Part shown: positions 48,858 through 58,242 of the stretch, piece by piece
Position numbering within the stretch: position 1 is the stretch's first letter
Layout of the letters: each line of letters opens with the position of its first letter
Assembly: GCA_963796455.1 (NCBI GenBank)
Contig: CAWCLO010000004.1
Span: 1,152,001 to 1,216,000, forward strand
DNA from: Candidatus Sulfomarinibacteraceae bacterium
GTDB taxonomy: Bacteria; Acidobacteriota; Thermoanaerobaculia; Thermoanaerobaculales; Sulfomarinibacteraceae
Direction of reading: 5' to 3'
DNA: 64,000 bases
Translations under genes and position numbers: made by a program
The notes under the pieces: model-generated
Database searches by the model: none
The model's input: only the letters and a program-made list of their open reading frames with translations
Told to the model about the DNA's origin: nothing

Positions 48858-49562
48858 ATGAAGCAAGTCGCGACCCTCGCAATCCTCGTCCTCGGCCTGG
48901 CGATGCTGCCGGCAGCAGCTGACGCCGCAAACTCGGTTACCGTAACTGAAGCTGCTGCAATGCAAGGTACTTATGGTCTCAACCTACACCTTGACGATCC
49001 CGCATCAACCGCCTCGACACAGGCCTATCTCTGGCTGGCCCGGACAAGGGCTTCAGCAACGAATCGACCCTCAATGGTTCGTTCTTCATCAATCCTCAGA
49101 ACATCACCGCCAGCCAGACCCTGGGCCAGAGCCACTTTCAGCTCATGCGTTTTCTACGAGCACTTCAACGATGCCAGCGGCGTCAAGCTGATTTTCTTCC
49201 TCCATCGCGACGAGGTCAGCGGCAATTGGTTCATCACCGTGTGGCACTACGACGATGTCTTCGGCAACTACGTTTTTACCGGCAACGGTTTCTTCGCTCT
49301 CTACGGGAACGCCCTCTTTGATGAAAACAAGATTGATTGGGAGTGGACCGCCGGCAATCCGGGAACCCTCACCATGTACCGGACCCTCTATGTCGACGGC
49401 GTTCCGGACGCCTCTGGCAAGATCCAGATGTTCACCGCACCGACCCCCGGAATGGCCACGGCCGGCATCAACAACGTGTTTGTCGGAATGCTCAATACTT
49501 TGAGCCACAACAACGGAACCGTGGGTGATCTCCACCTCGACGAGTTCGTTTTCACACGCTAA
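48858..49562 (+). CDS. Small secreted beta-rich protein with a compensating pair of indels at ~49031 and ~49150; candidate acceptor for the DGFESG strand
   Basis: AGGAGG RBS, signal peptide MKQVATLAILVLGLAMLPAAADAA and a terminator immediately downstream. Between the indels the alternative frame reads (V)AGPDKGFSNESTLNGSFFINPQNITASQTLGQSHFQLMR. Confidence 0.75.
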   Translation: MKQVATLAILVLGLAMLPAAADAANSVTVTEAAAMQGTYGLNLHLDDPASTASTQAYLWLARTRASATNRPSMVRSSSILRTSPPARPWARATFSSCVFYEHFNDASGVKLIFFLHRDEVSGNWFITVWHYDDVFGNYVFTGNGFFALYGNALFDENKIDWEWTAGNPGTLTMYRTLYVDGVPDASGKIQMFTAPTPGMATAGINNVFVGMLNTLSHNNGTVGDLHLDEFVFTR

Positions 49563-49584
49563 GTACGACGATTTCAAACGTCAG

Positions 49585-49618
49585 GAACTCCCATGCAGTG
49601 CATGGGAGTTCTTTTTTT
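49585..49618 (+). terminator. Intrinsic terminator
   Basis: GAACTCCCATGCA-G-TGCATGGGAGTTC followed by T7. Confidence 0.85.
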
Positions 49619-49661
49619 GACGACGCAGGCGTCGCTCGATGGGAGGCCGCCCCTCCCCCGC

Positions 49662-50564
49662 TCAGGGTGCCCGTTTGCGAGCGCTGAAGATGAGTTGGTG
49701 CGGCCCCAGATAGCCAAGGGGCCTGGACCAGTACGCATGAACGCCCACGTCGCGGAATCCGCAACCCCGCAACGACGACAGCAGATCCCACCCGAAGTGG
49801 TAGAACGCCAGGCATCCTTCACCGGTCAGTGGGTCGCCGTGGAACTCCGGCGGGAGGTGGTGCACGATCTCTCCCTGGGGATCCACCTCCGCTCGGACCA
49901 GAGTATCGGGCCGATCCGGTAGAAAAGGAACCGAGAAATAGAAGAGCCCACCATCTCCGAGCACCCGAGCACATTCGGTAAAAGCCTTGAGATAGCCCGG
50001 TACGTGCTCGAACACGTCAAAGGAAAGCACCGCGTCAAACGATGCGTCGGGAAAACTCAGCTCCGTCACATCCTCATGACGCACGCCGGCCGGGTTGATT
50101 GCGCCGCCCTCCGTTCCGTCTCGAAGAAACTCGCTGCCGACGAGTTTGGGAAATCGTTTTTTCAACTCGGCGTGGAGCGGTGTGACCATCTCGGTCACGA
50201 AAACTCTGGCGTCCGCCTCCAACGCGAACACCTTTTCGAGGATGTGAATGGTGGCTCGCATGCGGTTGTTCAGGCCGCAAGCCTGACAACGCAGATGCTC
50301 CCTCCAGTTCGGCATCCGGATTCCATCGACTTCCCATGAGTATTCTTCGGTCACCAGGAACTCGGATTCTCCGGAACACAGATAACACCATCCCGGCACC
50401 TGAAATTCGAGCCCGTCAGCCATCAGAGATCTTTCCAGAGTTTCTCGTTGTGCGAGAACCGCCGAATCGGATTCGATCTTCGTCCGGTACTCGTCGAAGG
50501 AGCGGAGCGTCATGAGTTCCAGACTGTTTTCCGCCAATCGTCGCTTACGTTGGAAAAACCACAT
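49662..50564 (-). CDS. Class I SAM-dependent methyltransferase with CxxC pairs (glycan-cluster type)
   Basis: CYLC...WREHLRCQACGLNNRMR, HEDVTELSFPDASFD..SFDVFEHV and ARVL..GG. Confidence 0.85.
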   Translation of the reverse strand: MWFFQRKRRLAENSLELMTLRSFDEYRTKIESDSAVLAQRETLERSLMADGLEFQVPGWCYLCSGESEFLVTEEYSWEVDGIRMPNWREHLRCQACGLNNRMRATIHILEKVFALEADARVFVTEMVTPLHAELKKRFPKLVGSEFLRDGTEGGAINPAGVRHEDVTELSFPDASFDAVLSFDVFEHVPGYLKAFTECARVLGDGGLFYFSVPFLPDRPDTLVRAEVDPQGEIVHHLPPEFHGDPLTGEGCLAFYHFGWDLLSSLRGCGFRDVGVHAYWSRPLGYLGPHQLIFSARKRAP

Positions 50565-50744
50565 GAAACCAAACTTAGCGCGCCTCGACCCTTCAGTCCA
50601 TGTACGGGCTCGACTGGTACGACGGCCGCCACGGTTTTCTCGAGACGATCAGTTATCATCGCCAGAGAATTCGAAGGTTCGACAGCGTCAACGCCGTCAG
50701 CAAATATCAACCCGCATCGAAACCCTGGAAATCTGGAGCCGAGA

Positions 50745-51500
50745 ATGAAGGAAACGATTCTGAAGATCGGGGAGCGATTCCTTCCCCCGATCATTCAGGC
50801 GAAATTCAGGTACCGGATGACCGAGGACAGAAATCGGTACTACGATGACCTGACCTCGTGCATCATCCACAAGGACCTGAAACCGACCTCCTGTGCTGTT
50901 GATGTCGGATGCCATATCGGTACGATTCTCGACATCATGATCGAGAGCGCTCCACAGGGAACGTTTTTTGCCTTTGAACCGATCCCGATGCTCTTCGAGA
51001 TGTTGCAGGAGAAATACGGGAATGATTCGAGGGTCCGTCTCTCGCCCCTTGCTCTGAGCGATTCCCCGGGTGAAAGAACCTTTCATTGGGTCACCTCGAA
51101 CCCCGGATACAGCGGCTTTCGCGAGCGCCGCTACGATCGGCCCAGCGAAGAGATTTCAATCATCGAGGTCACGACCCAACTCCTCGACACCGTCATCGCA
51201 CCCGACTGCCACATCGACCTGATCAAAATCGACGTCGAAGGGGCGGAACTCGAGGTTCTGCAGGGGGCGCAAAGGATCCTCGCAAAGGACCATCCGGTGG
51301 TCATCTTCGAACACGGGCTCGGTGCGGCCGATTATTATGAGACGACACCGGAGAAGATCTACGAACTGCTGAACGGCAAATGCGGCCTCAATGTCTCCCT
51401 GCTCGATGGATATCTTCGAAACAAGAAGCCCATGACCTGCGAGGAGTTTCGCAAGAGGTTCTCGGTTGACTACGATTACTATTACGTGGCTCACCCATGA
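50745..51500 (+). CDS. FkbM family methyltransferase
   Basis: VDVGCHIG, FAFEPIP and IKIDVEGAELEVLQGA. Confidence 0.9.
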   Translation: MKETILKIGERFLPPIIQAKFRYRMTEDRNRYYDDLTSCIIHKDLKPTSCAVDVGCHIGTILDIMIESAPQGTFFAFEPIPMLFEMLQEKYGNDSRVRLSPLALSDSPGERTFHWVTSNPGYSGFRERRYDRPSEEISIIEVTTQLLDTVIAPDCHIDLIKIDVEGAELEVLQGAQRILAKDHPVVIFEHGLGAADYYETTPEKIYELLNGKCGLNVSLLDGYLRNKKPMTCEEFRKRFSVDYDYYYVAHP

Positions 51501-51574
51501 GCCTTGGTGAAGAGAAATTCGAATGGATCAATTGATTTCAAAAAACACCAAAAAGACCGGCCGGAGCGAAATCG

Positions 51575-52333
51575 ATGCCGAGTATTGAAGACAACCTCAA
51601 AACCTGGAATCAGTATTACGACTGGCCTGAAGGCGGGCACGAGTGGTCGAGCTTCTGGGGTGGAACCGATGTCTTGTGGGGAGGTTCCCTGTCTCCTCGA
51701 ATTCGATCATTTCTCCCAACCTCTTCGTTGCTGGAAATTGCACCCGGATTCGGAAGGATCACTTCCTACCTGGTGGAACGATGTGAAAAGTACATTGGTG
51801 TAGATCTGGCTGAGAAATGCGTCACCGAGTGCCGCAGCAAATTCTCGGCTTTCGAACATGCAGCCTTTTTTGTGACCGACGGCTACTCATTGAACGACGT
51901 CCCGGACAAATCGGTCGATTTCGCCTTTTCCTTCGACTCGCTCGTTCATGTCGAGGCGGATGTCATGCAGGCCTACGCACGCGAGCTGGCGAGAACACTC
52001 AAGCCCGGCGGTCGCGCGTTTCTGCATCATTCGAATGTCGGGGCCTTTCTCGACTCGTCGACCGGAGAGATCACCATCAGCAACGACCATTGGCGAGGCA
52101 CAACCATGAGCGCCCAGCTCATGAGGGAATTCGCAGCCTCATCCGGCATCCATTGTGCGGTTCAGGAAATCATCAACTGGGGCGGCACGGATCTCAGCGA
52201 TTGTTTTTCGCTTCTGGTGGCTCAATCGCCATCCGATGCAGACGAAACTCTGGTGGTTGAAAACCCCCGATTCATGGATCAGGCCGTAGCGCTCGGGCAG
52301 GCCGCAGAGGTTTTTGCGCGTGCCTCCAAGTAG
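51575..52333 (+). CDS. Class I SAM-dependent methyltransferase
   Basis: LLEIAPGFGR, FSFDSLVH and RTLKPGG. Confidence 0.88.
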   Translation: MPSIEDNLKTWNQYYDWPEGGHEWSSFWGGTDVLWGGSLSPRIRSFLPTSSLLEIAPGFGRITSYLVERCEKYIGVDLAEKCVTECRSKFSAFEHAAFFVTDGYSLNDVPDKSVDFAFSFDSLVHVEADVMQAYARELARTLKPGGRAFLHHSNVGAFLDSSTGEITISNDHWRGTTMSAQLMREFAASSGIHCAVQEIINWGGTDLSDCFSLLVAQSPSDADETLVVENPRFMDQAVALGQAAEVFARASK

Positions 52334-55214
52334 TGAAGACTTCGACCGTCTGAAACTGGGATCGTCTGCGGACGATCCAGCCGGCTCCAGGTCGTCCGAT
52401 GTCGATCCGGTTCTCGAGCAGATCTACCGGATCTCCGACGAACGTGATGGTTATTACAGCGAGTGGAAAAACAGCCAGAACCAGATACGGCAGGTTCGAA
52501 CATCCCTGATGTGGCGCGTGGCAAAGGCGTCACTCGCCATCCGCCGCCTTTTTCACCGGCCCGAACCCAAATGGCTCACGGAATCACTCTTCGATGCCAT
52601 CGAGGCAACACCACCGGACGGCAACAAATTCGAAAAGGCCCCAGACCCCGGGGCGGGTCGCTCCACTCTGCGCAGAAAGCCCATCAGAATGGCCGATCGA
52701 GACTCTCATCTCGAACGGGTCACCTTCGAGCGAAACGGGTACTACGGCGAGTGGCGTCACACCGAAAACCGACTCGAGACCATTCACTGCTCGGATCTTT
52801 GGCTTCATTGGGAGCCTTTCCGGAGATTCAAAACCCGTCTGGGTTTTGCCCTCTATCTCCTGAAGGTCATTCGTGGGCTCACCATATCGATCGTCCTTGC
52901 ACCATTCCGTGCCGTCATCCTGGCAGCAAAAAGCATTACCAAACTTCCTGGGGTCGTGTATACGCTCTGCTGGACAGCGGCGACTTCCTTGCGCGCGGTA
53001 TTTCGCGATGGCAGAACCATCGAGGCGAAGGTTCAAGCAGCGGACAACCCGAATCAATCTGAGAGCTTCCGGCCGAGGATTCTCATCGTCTCTCCCTACC
53101 ACCTCCATCCGCCAAACCACGGATCGGGCGTCCGACTGCTCAATCTCGTGCGTGAGCTCGCGTCATCCTGCGACGTTTTTCTACTCGTTTTTTCGCCTAC
53201 CGGAGAAAATCCTGAAGAGCGAAAAGCTCTCGAGGCGCTGTGTCGTCGGGTCGACTACCACCGATGGTTACCCCATCTCAAACCAAATCCGTTTGGCCTC
53301 ACACCGGCCGTGGCCGAGGTCTTCCGATCCGACCGCGTGACCGAAAAAATCCGTGACATCGTGATCGCCAACGATATTGACATCGTGCAACTCGAGCACG
53401 CCGAGTTGGGTCAGTACCGGCACGCCGTCCCGAAGGGCATTCCAGTGGTGTTGAGTGAGATCGACATTGCTTTCAGGACGCACCAGCGCAGGCGCAAGCT
53501 CAGTTTCCACACCCGCTTCGACGAAGCCCAGATCCTCCATACAACTACGATGGATGTCCTGCGTCTTTTCCGCTACGAGGTGCAGAATTGCAAGCACGTT
53601 CAGCAGATCCACACGATGTCGGAAATCGATGCAGCCTATCTGGCCCGCTTCCTGGCAGACGGAGCATCCCGGATACGCGTCATCCCGAATGGGGTCGACA
53701 CCGATGCCTTCCGTCCAACCCAACCCGCGGGACAACGAAACGATGTGCTTTTCGTCGGTAACTTCAACCACCTGCCGAATGTCGATGCGCTCGATTTCTT
53801 GCTCAAGGACGTCTGGCCCTTGCTTCGACTTCGAGTACCCGACGCGCGGCTGAACGTCGTCGGCGCAAGTCCCTCGGACCGAGTCACAGCCTTGACCGAC
53901 TGTCCCGGTGTCACGCTCATCGGCGAAGTGCCCGATCCGAGATTGTATTACCACCGGCACCGCGTCATGGTGGCTCCGATTCGTGCCGGTTCCGGCACCC
54001 GCCTCAAGATTCTCGAGTCCTTTGCGGCCGGCATACCCGTCGTATCGACATCGCTTGGGGCGGAGGGCATCGAGGCGGAGAACGACAAGCATCTCATTCT
54101 CGCCGATCGCGCGATGGACTTTGCAGATGGCATCGAACGAGTCCTGACCGATGACGCACTTTTCGAGTCCTTAGCGGAGGCCGCATCGTCCCTGGTCCGG
54201 CAAAAATACGATTGGCGATTCGTGGCACAACGAATGCACGAGGGCTTCCTCGATCTGATTCCCGAGAAGAAGCGGATTGAGATGGAAGCTGTTCGGAACG
54301 CCAAATCGGAAAAGCAGCAGCAGATCTCCTTGGTAGAACAGGGACCATTGCCCTTGGTGTCGATCGTGATACCGACCTTTCGCGGCGGCGCGGACCTCGA
54401 ACGGTGTCTGTCGTCGATCAGAAAGCAGCAGGTCGATTTTGACTACGAAATCCTGTGCGTCGATTCAGGTTCGGATGCCAGTGACATCGAAATCATGCAA
54501 CGATTTGGCGCGCGGGTCATCGGTATCGCCCAGAAGGAATTCAATCACGGCCTGACCCGGGACTTTGGCGCAACCTGTGCGCGTGGCGAATACCTCGTCT
54601 TGATGAGCCAGGATGCCGTGCCGATCCGGAACGACTGGCTCGACCGGCTGACCGAGCCCCTCCGGGTGGACAGCACCGGGACGTTGGCGGCCGTCCAAGG
54701 GGGCAGCATAGATGTTGTCGATACCGAGAGACGATTCTTCTGGGGCACATCCGGTGAACGTTTCTATTTCACCAGCGAATCACATCGTTGGATCGAACGG
54801 TTCGGCGGTGTCGGTTTTTCGACCACGAATTGTGCGATCCGCCGGATCGTCTGGGATCAATACCGGTTTGGCGAGGCCTCGATTCTCGAAGACAAAAAGT
54901 GGCAACGGCAGATTCTCGATGCAGGTTATGAAATCTGCGCTCTGCCGGAGGTGAAGGTCTTTCACTCTCACGACTACGATCTTCGAACATTACTTCGCCG
55001 TTGCTCGAGCGAGGGCTTCGGCTGGAGGTCTCTCGGTGAACGCTATAGCCTGATCGACGCAGTATCCGACGTGTTTTCACCGTCGGTATGGCGAGAGCTA
55101 CTTTTTGGTTTACAACAGAAATCAGTGCGCACCAGCGCAGAGATCGGTTTTCCGCTGCTGCGGCCCTTTGCTCTGTGGTGGGGAAATCGCTTCTCCCGCC
55201 GGGTTCTGCACTGA
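52314..55214 (+). CDS. Bifunctional glycosyltransferase (GT4 plus GT2) with duplicated N-terminal helical module
   Basis: GT4 motifs IPNGVD, FVGNFNHLPN, GSGTRLKILE and PVVSTSLGAEG; GT2 motifs VSIVIPT, VDSGS, FNHGLTR and SQDAVP. Start uncertain. Confidence 0.88.
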   Translation: MRVPPSSEDFDRLKLGSSADDPAGSRSSDVDPVLEQIYRISDERDGYYSEWKNSQNQIRQVRTSLMWRVAKASLAIRRLFHRPEPKWLTESLFDAIEATPPDGNKFEKAPDPGAGRSTLRRKPIRMADRDSHLERVTFERNGYYGEWRHTENRLETIHCSDLWLHWEPFRRFKTRLGFALYLLKVIRGLTISIVLAPFRAVILAAKSITKLPGVVYTLCWTAATSLRAVFRDGRTIEAKVQAADNPNQSESFRPRILIVSPYHLHPPNHGSGVRLLNLVRELASSCDVFLLVFSPTGENPEERKALEALCRRVDYHRWLPHLKPNPFGLTPAVAEVFRSDRVTEKIRDIVIANDIDIVQLEHAELGQYRHAVPKGIPVVLSEIDIAFRTHQRRRKLSFHTRFDEAQILHTTTMDVLRLFRYEVQNCKHVQQIHTMSEIDAAYLARFLADGASRIRVIPNGVDTDAFRPTQPAGQRNDVLFVGNFNHLPNVDALDFLLKDVWPLLRLRVPDARLNVVGASPSDRVTALTDCPGVTLIGEVPDPRLYYHRHRVMVAPIRAGSGTRLKILESFAAGIPVVSTSLGAEGIEAENDKHLILADRAMDFADGIERVLTDDALFESLAEAASSLVRQKYDWRFVAQRMHEGFLDLIPEKKRIEMEAVRNAKSEKQQQISLVEQGPLPLVSIVIPTFRGGADLERCLSSIRKQQVDFDYEILCVDSGSDASDIEIMQRFGARVIGIAQKEFNHGLTRDFGATCARGEYLVLMSQDAVPIRNDWLDRLTEPLRVDSTGTLAAVQGGSIDVVDTERRFFWGTSGERFYFTSESHRWIERFGGVGFSTTNCAIRRIVWDQYRFGEASILEDKKWQRQILDAGYEICALPEVKVFHSHDYDLRTLLRRCSSEGFGWRSLGERYSLIDAVSDVFSPSVWRELLFGLQQKSVRTSAEIGFPLLRPFALWWGNRFSRRVLH

Positions 55215-55262
55215 GTTGGGTCGGCTCCCACCGTTGAGCAAAAAGCGTCGGCGCAATCCGGG

Positions 55263-56235
55263 CTAGGTCATGGGCAACCACGCCTTTGCGGTCGTCTCCG
55301 CGGGCCACCGCCAACGATCAACGGTGAAAACGGTTGGAAGTACGGCTCGCATGTATCCGCGCAATGATCGCCGCTGGCAGCGGACGATCAGGTCATCGCC
55401 GTGGTTGCTCTGGCTCGACGCCTCACGGACCCGTTTTGAAATGGTTCGCCGGCCTTTCATCAAACCGATCAAACCGCCGTGGCGCCAGTTGATCACCGCC
55501 TCCGACCTTCCCTGGGCTTCAAAGCGTTTTTTCAGCCATTCCGGCGACAGCCGCTCGATGTTGACCTTGTGGCGCACCCTCGCCTCCGGCACATAGGCAA
55601 TCTCTCCGCCCAATCTTTCGATCCTCAGACACAACTCGATCTCTTCGCAGGACAGCAGATTGTTTCCCTTCCGGCCGAGGTCGGTACAGAAGCCACCGAC
55701 GGAATCGAAGACTTCGCGCCGGAAGGCGACATTCGCGCCGCGCGGATATTCGTCGTAGTGGAGCCTTCGCGCCGAATCACCCAGGTCCCACACCGAAAGA
55801 TACGGCAGAAATCTGCCAAGAAACCAGTCCGGTAATTCACCCTGAAAGACAGGTTCGATCGGGCCCCCAGCGCACTGGATCCCGTCGATGAGGAGCGCAT
55901 CGATGATCGCCTGAAGCCATCCCCGCGCCGGAAAAGCATCATCGTCCAGAAAGGCAATGAAATCACCCTTCGCATTGCGCACGCCGGTATTCCGGGCGGC
56001 AGAAAGACCCAGCTCGGTCTCCTGCAGCACCCGGACCTGGTCGGGGAAATCGTTCTCGACCGAGCGCGCCACATCGAGGGTGTCGTCGGTCGAACAATTG
56101 TCGATGATCAGAAACTCCCACCGCATGCCGCCGGACAGACCTCTGTTGCAGGGCGTCACGACAGCACTCCCCCAGGAGAGACGACCGGTTTCGAGTACAG
56201 ACGACCACCGTCACATCGGGAGAAGATTTCACCAT
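55263..56235 (-). CDS. GT2 glycosyltransferase, one frameshift near 56145
   Basis: MVKSSPDVTVVVCTRNR in one frame continues as WEFLIIDNCSTD...GLSAARN...FLDDDA...GANVAFRR in another. Confidence 0.8.
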
Positions 56236-56390
56236 CGCTCCATATAGTACCGAGTCCTCGGTGTTGCGGCCCCTCAATTCGAAGAAGTTTGGAACGACCG
56301 CTTCTCCGCGAAGGCTATCGAGCCTCTGCGAAACCCCTGCCCTGGTGTATCGTTGTGCCATCACGAAGCCGAACGAGGTGTGAAGACCCA

Positions 56391-58241
56391 TTGGAAATCA
56401 AGAAAATCGCCCGCAGTGCCCTCGAGGCCGTCTCCCGGAGGCTGAAAAACCATCGCTATGCCCGCGACACTGTTGATGGAAAGCCTGCCGGTACCTTTGC
56501 GTATCAATTTGCCGGTGACGGCCCGACGGGACACCTGCCTCTGACCCTTTGGTGCCGAGCCGTTGACTCGAGACTGCCGACTCGAGCCGAGGCCAAAGCC
56601 TGGATCGACCAACAAACCCTGCCCGAACTCGTGATTATCGGGCTGAGCGGCGCGGGAGACGAATTGTGGCGTGTCTCGCGACACTCCGCACCAAAGCACG
56701 CAGACAGTTCCTTCTGGTTTGCAGCGCCCGGGAAGCTCCCCGATCTCCTTCCCAACCACCTCGAATCATCTTTCCTCGTCGCCGCGGCTGAGGACGTCGA
56801 TGCCGTACTTCTCTTCGAAGGCTCCGGCCCATACCCCGAACTCCCAGCCCACGTCCCGGGAGTCGAGTGCGCATCACCCTATCGCGAGCGGGCACTCTAC
56901 CGCTCGGATGCCTATGCCTACCATGCAGCCACCGACGAAGTCCGTCCGGTGAAAGAGCAACGAATCATCAAGCTCATCGATCCCCGCGACGCCGAAGCGA
57001 CCGAAGCGACCGCGCGGCTCTTCAATCGATTCCGCCGGGGCCCCTATCTCAGTACGACGGAATTGACTGAAAAGTTGATCGTGCCCGTCCGCGATGCCGG
57101 CTTGGTCGAGCGAGACGCATCGCAAAACCACCTCCCGGCGGTTCTGATCATGGTGCCCTTTCTGGCCCGCGGCGGCGTCGAGCAGACCCTCTACGCCACC
57201 ATGGGCGCGCTGTCGGATCGTTTTGATTTTTCCATCGCCACCCTGGCGCCGCATCGAGAGGCCCTCGGCGACCGGCGCGACGATTTCCGGACCATCACCG
57301 ACCGCATCTATTGTCTCGGCGATCTCGTCCATCCGGATGTCATGATCGGGATCATCGAATCCATACTCGATTCAACCGGTGCCGAGATCATTTACAACGC
57401 CAACGGCACGACGCTTTTTTACGACTTCGCGGCGAGACTGAAAGAAAACCGGCCATCACTCCGAATCATCGATCACCTCTATGACCACGAGGTGGCCTAT
57501 ATCGATCGCTACAACGACGATCTGCTGGCCGCGGTCGACGTATGCGTGGCGGAGAACCATTTGATTGCCGACGAGCTCACCCGGCGCAGGTCCTGGCCCG
57601 CCGAACGCGTGCCCGTGATCTGGCCCTGTGGGCGACCGCAGGACGAGCTTCCCGAGCCCGCCGACCGGCCCAGAATCCGGACTGCGCTGAGGGGCGAGCT
57701 CGATCTCGCCGAGAGTGACGTGGTCGTGATCACGGCAGCGAGAATGAACCACCAGAAACGGCCCCTCGACCTGGTTCGATTGGCCGAACGCGTCCACGAT
57801 CTCGAGCACCTTCAATTCCTGGTTGTCGGCGGCGGCGATCTCGAGATGGAGATGGATCGGGAAATCGCCGGCAATCCTGAACTGCATATTCGCCGCCTGC
57901 CGTTTCGACCCGACATCCCCGAACTCATCCTCGCTGCCGATGCCGGCTGTCTGGTGTCCGAATTCGAGGGGCTGCCGGTCTTCATGCTCGAATGTCTTCA
58001 ACTCGGCAGGCCCTTCCTGGGTACCCGAGTCGGAGATCTGGGGAGAGTCCTGGACCAGACCGGCGCCGGGATCGTGGTGGATCAACCCGGCGACCTCGAC
58101 GCTCTGGAAGCGGCGGTCCGGCGCTTGGCTGACAGCAGTTTTCGCGCTGAACTCGCGCAAAAGGCCGTCGAGGCCGCCCCGAGGTTTTCCGTCGAAAGAT
58201 GCGCAGACGCCTACTCGGCAGCCTTTCTCGGAGACGATTGA
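56391..58241 (+). CDS. GT4 glycosyltransferase with N-terminal accessory domain
   Basis: PFLARGGVE, ARMNHQKRP, SEFEGLPVFMLE and TRVGD. Start uncertain (TTG 56391 chosen). Confidence 0.82.
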   Translation: MEIKKIARSALEAVSRRLKNHRYARDTVDGKPAGTFAYQFAGDGPTGHLPLTLWCRAVDSRLPTRAEAKAWIDQQTLPELVIIGLSGAGDELWRVSRHSAPKHADSSFWFAAPGKLPDLLPNHLESSFLVAAAEDVDAVLLFEGSGPYPELPAHVPGVECASPYRERALYRSDAYAYHAATDEVRPVKEQRIIKLIDPRDAEATEATARLFNRFRRGPYLSTTELTEKLIVPVRDAGLVERDASQNHLPAVLIMVPFLARGGVEQTLYATMGALSDRFDFSIATLAPHREALGDRRDDFRTITDRIYCLGDLVHPDVMIGIIESILDSTGAEIIYNANGTTLFYDFAARLKENRPSLRIIDHLYDHEVAYIDRYNDDLLAAVDVCVAENHLIADELTRRRSWPAERVPVIWPCGRPQDELPEPADRPRIRTALRGELDLAESDVVVITAARMNHQKRPLDLVRLAERVHDLEHLQFLVVGGGDLEMEMDREIAGNPELHIRRLPFRPDIPELILAADAGCLVSEFEGLPVFMLECLQLGRPFLGTRVGDLGRVLDQTGAGIVVDQPGDLDALEAAVRRLADSSFRAELAQKAVEAAPRFSVERCADAYSAAFLGDD

Positions 58242-58242
58242 G

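Noticed and set aside
57823..58242. Long overlap of ORF 57823..60009 with the upstream GT4 gene
   Set aside because: It is a spurious 5' extension; similarity to the paralog begins after the upstream stop at 58241.
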